DNA of 64,000 nucleotides from Bacteroidota bacterium (GTDB taxonomy: Bacteria > Bacteroidota > Bacteroidia > Chitinophagales > Chitinophagaceae): contig CANHAE010000001.1 of the NCBI GenBank assembly GCA_947458915.1, positions 1,366-65,365 of the forward strand, in the 5' to 3' direction. A program made the position numbers and the translations under genes. Of this stretch, positions 57,877-64,000 are shown piece after piece (position 1 is the first letter of the stretch; each line of letters opens with the position of its first letter). A model generated the notes under the pieces. It was not told where the DNA came from, ran no database searches, and saw only the letters and a list, made by a program, of their open reading frames with translations.

Positions 57877-58968
57877 CTATTCTTTATTCAAAAAATCGGC
57901 AAGTAACCTATGAAAATGGTGTGTGCCTTGCTCCCGCTGTGTTGCATACCTACCATAGTGGTAAAAACGTGAACGTATTCCTTCTTGTACATACTGCACT
58001 ACTTCTTCATCTTCTTGTTCTACTGTGTCCAAGCCACTTCCAGCTCCCTGCCCTAACTTTGTTTCATCAAATACAAAGCTTAAGAAACTAACTTTAGTAT
58101 TATTTGAATCGATAGGTGTAATGACATTTAAGGATAATCCCCAAGGATAAAAATTAAACATCATATTTGGAAATACCCAAAAATAATAAGCTGCAATTTT
58201 CTTGTCTGCATCTGGATGATCCTGAGGAATATTAAAACAATGTTCGTCCTCCTTTGCAATACCTAATTGCAAATTAGCATACGTAAATATTTCAGTAGCA
58301 TAGTCTTTGAAATCTAAAAACGCATTCAAACCCGGATGTACAAAAGGAATATGGAATCCTTCCAAATAATTCTCACAATACAAAGCCCAGTTGGCTTTAA
58401 CATAGTAGTCATTCGACCTACTTGCATCATATACCAATTTATCAATAGGTAACCAGCCTACTCTTTTTTCCATTTCCTGAAAAAAGCTAGCAGGACTAAT
58501 ACCATTTTGTAATTGTGAAAATAATAATGGCCCCCATTTATACAATGGTAAATTATGTAAGTGATTGTTTTCGGGAATGAAATTTTCTACCTCCTTAAAC
58601 TCGGGCATTGAAATAAATTTTCCATCTAAGTGAAAAGCCCTCCCATGATATTTACAACGCAAATGTTTTTGTGCAGAACAAGGTTCGTATACCATTAAGT
58701 TGCCCCTATGCGTACATACGTTTGACAAACAATGTACTTCATTGTCCGCATCCCTGGTTAAAACAAGTGGCTCATTAAGGTAGTTTTCTAAAAATTTAAT
58801 TGGGTAGGCATCGCCAACTTTAGGCACCATTCCTGTATGTCCTACATACTGCCAACTTAGTGCAAATATTTTTTCCTTAGCCACTTCTAGCCATTGTGGT
58901 TCCAAATAAAAACTAGTATCAATAGTTTTAGCCCTAGCAATATTGGGATCGATGTAAAATTTGCTCAT
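57877..58968 (-). CDS. Rieske non-heme iron oxygenase (choline monooxygenase-like)
   Basis: CTH/CKYH Rieske ligands and the ENYLEGFHIPFVH iron site. Confidence 0.82.
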   Translation of the reverse strand: MSKFYIDPNIARAKTIDTSFYLEPQWLEVAKEKIFALSWQYVGHTGMVPKVGDAYPIKFLENYLNEPLVLTRDADNEVHCLSNVCTHRGNLMVYEPCSAQKHLRCKYHGRAFHLDGKFISMPEFKEVENFIPENNHLHNLPLYKWGPLLFSQLQNGISPASFFQEMEKRVGWLPIDKLVYDASRSNDYYVKANWALYCENYLEGFHIPFVHPGLNAFLDFKDYATEIFTYANLQLGIAKEDEHCFNIPQDHPDADKKIAAYYFWVFPNMMFNFYPWGLSLNVITPIDSNNTKVSFLSFVFDETKLGQGAGSGLDTVEQEDEEVVQYVQEGIRSRFYHYGRYATQREQGTHHFHRLLADFLNKE

Positions 58969-59081
58969 AACACCTATTATTAGGTCTCAAGATACAAAAT
59001 GCTGCGAATAAGAAACTGATTATGAATCTTCTATAGAAGTATAAATACTTTGTAAAATAGGTACAAATTAATCAGTAAATA

Positions 59082-59116
59082 CTAAATTATTTAGTTAATA
59101 TTGCTAATAAATTTAG
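59082..59116 (+). promoter_or_regulatory. Two SOS boxes CTAA-N5-TTAG
   Basis: CTAAattatTTAG at 59082-59094 and CTAAtaaatTTAG at 59104-59116, directly before umuD. Confidence 0.75.
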
Positions 59117-59119
59117 TAT

Positions 59120-59551
59120 ATGGATGTGTTAGAAGAGGAATATTCCGCCTATACAGGAAGCAAAAACTATCAATCTGGTCAAATAATACAAGCCAATGCC
59201 ACTGGCTTTGGCGCTGCCTCGGACGATTTTATGGAAAGGGGCATTGACTTAAACGAGCAACTTATACGCAACAAACCTGCTACATTTTTCTTTCGAGTAA
59301 ATAGCGACGCAATGCTGGGTGCAGGTATTCATATAGGAGATACTTTAATTGTAGACCGAAGTATCCCCCCTAGTTCGGGCAAAGTAGTAGTAGCCGTTTT
59401 GAATGGCGAATTTTTAGTACGCCGTTTACAAATGCAAGTACACAGCATTAGCCTAGTACCCGAAAATAAAAAATACGGAACCATTCAAGTAGCACAACTA
59501 GAAGAGTACCGCACTTGGGGTATTGTGACTTATGTGATTCACGCACTATAA
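59120..59551 (+). CDS. umuD: UmuD-like S24 protein (catalytic Ser/Lys replaced)
   Basis: IDLNEQLI...ATFFFRV, GD.LIVDRS, VVAVLNGEF, WGIVT; upstream of umuC. Confidence 0.85.
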   Translation: MDVLEEEYSAYTGSKNYQSGQIIQANATGFGAASDDFMERGIDLNEQLIRNKPATFFFRVNSDAMLGAGIHIGDTLIVDRSIPPSSGKVVVAVLNGEFLVRRLQMQVHSISLVPENKKYGTIQVAQLEEYRTWGIVTYVIHAL

Positions 59552-59607
59552 TCGTAAAAAAACTAGCACCAATAAGTAACTCATTTTAATTTCTTAATCT
59601 CCCTTCC

Positions 59608-60894
59608 GTGCAAGCAATTGTTGACTGCAATAGTTTTTACTGTTCCTGTGAACGCCTATTTCAACCAAATTTGGAAAAGGCGCCCGTGGTAGTGCTGAGT
59701 AATAACGATGGCTGTATTGTGTCGCGTTCTGACGAAGCAAAAGCACTTGGCATTAACATGGCTATCCCTTTTTTTCAGGCGAAGGAAGTAATGGCGCAAA
59801 ATAAAGTGTCTGTATTTTCTTCTAATTACCACTTGTATGGCGACCTTAGTTGGCGGGTAATGGAAACCATGAGACAGCTACTGCCGCCGGGTTGCGTAGA
59901 AGTTTATTCGGTAGACGAAGCCTTTTTAAATTTAGACCATATCCCAAATGAAAACTTACATGCGTATTGCTTACTATTAAAAAATAAAATAGAATCCTGG
60001 ACAGGCATTTCTGTTTCCATTGGCGTAGCCCCTACCAAAGTGTTAAGTAAAGTAGCCAACCGGTTAGCTAAAAAAAATAAAATAAAAACAAATTGTATTG
60101 TTGTGCTAGACGATACCAGAAAAATTCAAGCGGCCTTGCAACACACACCCATAGAAGACGTCTGGGGTATTGGATATAGTTACAGTGAAAAATTAAAAAC
60201 ATATGGCATACAAACAGCCTACGCACTTAGTATCAAAGACCTTAGTTGGGGGAAACGTTTTTTAGGGGGTATTGTAGGCATGCGACTTATTAGAGAATTA
60301 AAAGGCTTACAAAGTCATGGTATGCAAACTCCTAGGACCGATAAAAAAATGATCGCCACCACGCGTATGTTTGGAAGGGAAGTAAAGCAATGGCAAGAAA
60401 TAGAAGAAGCCTTAGCCACTTACGCGACACGTGCAGCTGAAAAACTACGGCGCCAACATAGTGCCGCCTGCGGTGTAAGTGTATTTGTAGTAAAAAAAGC
60501 GCCAATGAATACAAATGCAACACATTTCAGCCATGGCCGGTATATAAGTGGATACACTTTATTAGACAACCCAACCAACCTAACCCCTGCTATTATTAAA
60601 GCAGTGGTAGCTATAGGAAAGGGTTTATTTGAAGCAGGTGAAATATATAAAAAAGCAGGAGTAATCCTAACCAACTTCGTTCCTGATAACGCATTGCAAA
60701 CGAACCTATTCGTACCTCCAGCCGATGAAAAGAAGAAAAAACTAATGAATGTTATTGATAATATGAACGCCGCATTTCGCAATGACGTACTCAAATTTGG
60801 GACTAGTGGCACCCAAAAAAACTGGAAAATGCGTAGTGAACTACGAAGTAAGCGTTACACCACCAGATGGGAAGAACTATGCTTGGTAAAATAG
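59608..60894 (+). CDS. umuC: Y-family DNA polymerase V catalytic subunit
   Basis: VDCNSFYCSCE, VLSNNDGC, YSVDEAF, WKMRSE.RS.RYTT.W. Confidence 0.92.
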   Translation: MQAIVDCNSFYCSCERLFQPNLEKAPVVVLSNNDGCIVSRSDEAKALGINMAIPFFQAKEVMAQNKVSVFSSNYHLYGDLSWRVMETMRQLLPPGCVEVYSVDEAFLNLDHIPNENLHAYCLLLKNKIESWTGISVSIGVAPTKVLSKVANRLAKKNKIKTNCIVVLDDTRKIQAALQHTPIEDVWGIGYSYSEKLKTYGIQTAYALSIKDLSWGKRFLGGIVGMRLIRELKGLQSHGMQTPRTDKKMIATTRMFGREVKQWQEIEEALATYATRAAEKLRRQHSAACGVSVFVVKKAPMNTNATHFSHGRYISGYTLLDNPTNLTPAIIKAVVAIGKGLFEAGEIYKKAGVILTNFVPDNALQTNLFVPPADEKKKKLMNVIDNMNAAFRNDVLKFGTSGTQKNWKMRSELRSKRYTTRWEELCLVK

Positions 60895-60929
60895 TGTTGA
60901 TATTGTATTTTTACACAATTTTTGAAAAT

Positions 60930-62123
60930 ATGAGCAACAAACTACCCTCCAACGAGTCCATCCGATCTGCCAAGAAAAAAATCATTGTTTTAGGAAGTGG
61001 TCCAAATCGTATTGGACAAGGTATTGAATTCGATTATTGTTGCGTACACGGCTTACTAGCCGTTAAAGAAGCCGGTTATGAAGCCATTATGGTAAACTGT
61101 AATCCTGAAACCGTATCCACCGATTTTGACATGGCCGATAAATTATATTTCGAGCCAGTATTTTGGGAACATCTTTGGGAAATTATTGAATTAGAGCAAC
61201 CCGAAGGTGTGATTGTGCAACTAGGTGGACAAACTGCTTTAAAATTAGCAAAACGTTTAACAGAAAGAGGGATTAAAATTATAGGTACTTCATTTGATAG
61301 TTTAGATATAGCAGAAGACCGTGGTCGCTTTAGTGATTTATTAAAAGAATTAGATATCCCATATCCAGAATATGGAACTGCCTATACAGCTGAAGAAGCT
61401 ATTGATGTAGCCAATAAAGTAGGTTACCCTGTACTAGTTCGACCTAGTTATGTAATTGGTGGTCAAAGAATGCGTATTGTAATTAATGACGCAGAAGTAG
61501 AAACGGCTGTTGTAAGTATTTTAAAACATATCCCTGATAATAAAATACTAATTGATCATTTCTTGGATCGTTGCCAAGAAGCAGAAGTAGATGCAATATT
61601 TGATGGAGAAACATTCCATATTATGGGTGTGATGGAACATATTGAACCAGCTGGTATACACAGTGGAGATAGTAATGCTGTTTTACCCGCATTCAACCTT
61701 ACCCCATTGATTGTTGAAAAAATGGAGTTCTATAGTGAAAAAATAGCAAGGGCATTAAACATAAAAGGATTAATCAATATTCAGTTTGCAATTAAAGATG
61801 GTAAAGTATTTGTGATAGAAGCAAACCCAAGAGCTTCTAGAACAACCCCATTCATCGCAAAAGCATACCAAATACCTTATTTAAATATTGCTACAAAAAT
61901 AATGCTGGGAGCTGCTAAGCTAACCGACTTTGTTATGGAGAAAAAACTAGACGGCTATGCAATTAAAGAACCTGTATTTAGTTTTGATAAATTCCCGGGT
62001 GTAAATAAAGAATTAGGACCAGAAATGAAAAGTACAGGAGAAGCTATACGATTCATTAAAGACTTACGCGACCCTTACTTTAGAACTTTGTACAAAGAAC
62101 GTTCTATGAACTTAAGTAGATAA
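60930..62123 (+). CDS. carB: Carbamoyl-phosphate synthase large subunit, C-terminal ATP-grasp half only
   Basis: LGSGPNRIGQGIEFDYCCVH, NCNPETVSTD, HIEPAGIHSGDS, EANPRASRT, LGPEMKSTGE; no N-terminal half upstream. Confidence 0.85.
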   Translation: MSNKLPSNESIRSAKKKIIVLGSGPNRIGQGIEFDYCCVHGLLAVKEAGYEAIMVNCNPETVSTDFDMADKLYFEPVFWEHLWEIIELEQPEGVIVQLGGQTALKLAKRLTERGIKIIGTSFDSLDIAEDRGRFSDLLKELDIPYPEYGTAYTAEEAIDVANKVGYPVLVRPSYVIGGQRMRIVINDAEVETAVVSILKHIPDNKILIDHFLDRCQEAEVDAIFDGETFHIMGVMEHIEPAGIHSGDSNAVLPAFNLTPLIVEKMEFYSEKIARALNIKGLINIQFAIKDGKVFVIEANPRASRTTPFIAKAYQIPYLNIATKIMLGAAKLTDFVMEKKLDGYAIKEPVFSFDKFPGVNKELGPEMKSTGEAIRFIKDLRDPYFRTLYKERSMNLSR

Positions 62124-62137
62124 GCCAAAACGAAGCA

Positions 62138-62176
62138 TAATAAAGAAGCCCTTAAAAAATTAAGGGCTTCTTTATT
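62138..62176. terminator. Bidirectional-looking intrinsic terminator
   Basis: AATAAAGAAGCCCTTAA..TTAAGGGCTTCTTTATT. Confidence 0.85.
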
Positions 62177-62256
62177 TCTATACATCAGACGCTACCGCGT
62201 CTTCATATTTTTTTCTTCACTCCCCGCCGAGGACGCCGTATTTAATGAGATTAAAT

Positions 62257-62330
62257 TCAATGGGTATAAGAAACATCTCGAGACGAACCTTTTATGGAGA
62301 GACGAGGGATCTGTTTCTTATACCTATTGA
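62257..62330. repeat. 19-bp inverted repeat with a 36-nt spacer
   Basis: TCAATGGGTATAAGAAACA and TGTTTCTTATACCTATTGA, 18/19 complementary. Confidence 0.75.
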
Positions 62331-62344
62331 TTAATATAAAAATA

Positions 62345-63718
62345 TTAAGGCTGAACTCCATGCTGGTCAACCAAATAAATCATCGCTGCCATATTAACAG
62401 CACCTAATAATAATTCTCTTTTATTAACTGCTTCGAACACATCTGTTTTAGCGTGGTGTAAATCAAAATAACGTTGGCTATCAGGTACCAAACCTGACAA
62501 AACAATATCACTAACAACTTTTTTCAAAGGACCAATGTCTGCACCACCACCACCTGCAGTAATTTCAGTACCATAGGGTTTTAATAATGCGTTCCATTTT
62601 GAAAAACTCGTAAACTGTTCTGGAGAACAAGTAATGCCAATTGCCCTTGGTGTAAAGCCACCAGCATCACTTTCTAAAGCATAAATATGCTTTTCATTAT
62701 TCAACTTAGCTAGTTCAGCATATTTATTGCCACCAGCACCTCCATTTTCTTCATTTGCAAATAACACAAAACGAATTGTTCTTTTTGGCTTATAGTTTAA
62801 GGCTTTCATGGTTCTTAAAATTTCCATGGTTTGCACAATACCCGCACCATCATCATGAGCACCTTCGTTCACATCCCAACTATCTAAGTGACCTCCAACT
62901 GTAATAATCTCCTCCGGAAATTCAGAACCCTTTAATTCTGCAACTACATTATTTTCATCGGCATCGGCTAAGAAAAAACCATAAGTCTGCATTTGTACAC
63001 GCAACTTAGCAGTTTTAGCTTGAGCCCACAATTGTTGCGCATCTAAGGGTCCTAATGCAACTGCAGGAATTTTTGCATAAGCAGAATCGTATGCTAGTCC
63101 ACCAGTGTGGGGCGCATTATCGGGAGCAGTACTTAAAGAATGTATCATAACACCCACCGCGCCATATTTAGCTGCACGGCTTGCACCAGAACGGCGATAA
63201 ATACCCGATTCACCGTAAGCCCTAAAAGTTTGAATTTTAGTAGCGTCGAACATGCTATGGAAATAAACAATTTTGCCTTTAATTTCAGCTTTTCTTTTTT
63301 CTAATTCATCGAAGTTAGCGACAGCTAATAGTTCAGCTTCCACCAACCCATTACTTCCTAAAGAATTACCTAGTGCAAGTACTTCTAAATTACTATTTTG
63401 TCCCTTACCGTTCACACCAACAATCGCGGCAAAATCTTTTCCGCCACGTTGCCAATTAGGTGTTTTACAAGGCTGCATATACACTTTATCAGCATTGAAT
63501 GCTTCCATATTTCTCTTTCCCCAAACTGCGGCATTCTGTTGTTGTGGCGACCCAGCCAAACGCCCGCCTATATTTTTTGTCAATTGTCTCAACAAATCAT
63601 AGGCAGTCCCATTTGTCATAATTTCATCTGCCATTTTTTTAAGAGTGATACTGTCTTGGTTTGTTTGTGCTTGAACCAAAAAAGGTAAACAAAAAACAAG
63701 AAGAAGGAGCTTACGCAT
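62345..63718 (-). CDS. M28 metallopeptidase (carboxypeptidase Q-like)
   Basis: Signal peptide, IGGRLAGS, GGHLDSWD, GAHDDGAG, NEENG, ESD, HH..TD. Confidence 0.88.
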   Translation of the reverse strand: MRKLLLLVFCLPFLVQAQTNQDSITLKKMADEIMTNGTAYDLLRQLTKNIGGRLAGSPQQQNAAVWGKRNMEAFNADKVYMQPCKTPNWQRGGKDFAAIVGVNGKGQNSNLEVLALGNSLGSNGLVEAELLAVANFDELEKRKAEIKGKIVYFHSMFDATKIQTFRAYGESGIYRRSGASRAAKYGAVGVMIHSLSTAPDNAPHTGGLAYDSAYAKIPAVALGPLDAQQLWAQAKTAKLRVQMQTYGFFLADADENNVVAELKGSEFPEEIITVGGHLDSWDVNEGAHDDGAGIVQTMEILRTMKALNYKPKRTIRFVLFANEENGGAGGNKYAELAKLNNEKHIYALESDAGGFTPRAIGITCSPEQFTSFSKWNALLKPYGTEITAGGGGADIGPLKKVVSDIVLSGLVPDSQRYFDLHHAKTDVFEAVNKRELLLGAVNMAAMIYLVDQHGVQP

Positions 63719-63808
63719 AGTGAATAGTTTAACGTTCATTTAATTCTTAAATATAATTAAACTTTATTGAATATTTAGTTGTTATTTGCATAATCAATAC
63801 GTCGAAAA

Positions 63809-64000
63809 ATGAAGATTGGAATTGTTTGTTACCCTACATTTGGTGGCAGTGGTGTTTTAGCCACTGAACTTGGCAAGGCCTTGGCTGAAAAAGGACACGA
63901 AATACATTTTATTACTTATCAGCAACCCGTTCGATTAAGTGGTTTTCATACAAATATTTTTTACCACGAAGTAAGGGTGCCAACCTACCCATTGTTCGAC
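63809..64000 (+). CDS. bshA: N-acetyl-alpha-D-glucosaminyl L-malate synthase, 3'-truncated (absent from the ORF track)
   Basis: [44 protein letters not shown]. Confidence 0.88.
   Translation, partial: MKIGIVCYPTFGGSGVLATELGKALAEKGHEIHFITYQQPVRLSGFHTNIFYHEVRVPTYPLFD

Noticed and set aside
62257-62330. Nextera adapter contamination
   Set aside because: Both arms share the same departures from the 19-bp mosaic end and extend their complementarity with non-adapter bases

Overview
AT-rich Bacteroidota chromosome segment (Chitinophagaceae-like by protein style and TAnnTTTG promoters; this placement is inference). Left to right it contains hemW, gpsA, a TolC/adaptor pair, an APC permease, a cobalamin riboswitch with btuB, and marC. 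Next is an ~18 kb minus-strand accessory operon: TM-AraC regulator, OM beta-barrel, lipoprotein, a miniature T9SS cargo, a 2852-aa phage-tail-fibre-like protein and four smaller fibre/lectin proteins, one with an S74 chaperone. Then comes an 11-subunit complex I lacking nuoEFG, followed by an unknown ORF and pyruvate:ferredoxin oxidoreductase; both units carry the same upstream ATGATTATTATCA box. The rest is a probable small ncRNA, tRNA-Arg(CCG), a CarH/LitR-ECF sigma-crtIBZY carotenoid cluster, rfbBCA, amgK-rapZ/murU/nagX-like recycling genes, a TonB receptor with an exported SAM hydrolase, a Rieske oxygenase, umuDC (UmuD lacks both catalytic residues), a stand-alone C-terminal half of carB, an M28 peptidase and the start of bshA. 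The best candidates for undescribed biology are the T9SS-linked mosaic fibre operon and the co-regulated headless complex I/PFOR module. All calls come from reading motifs by eye; no searches were run.
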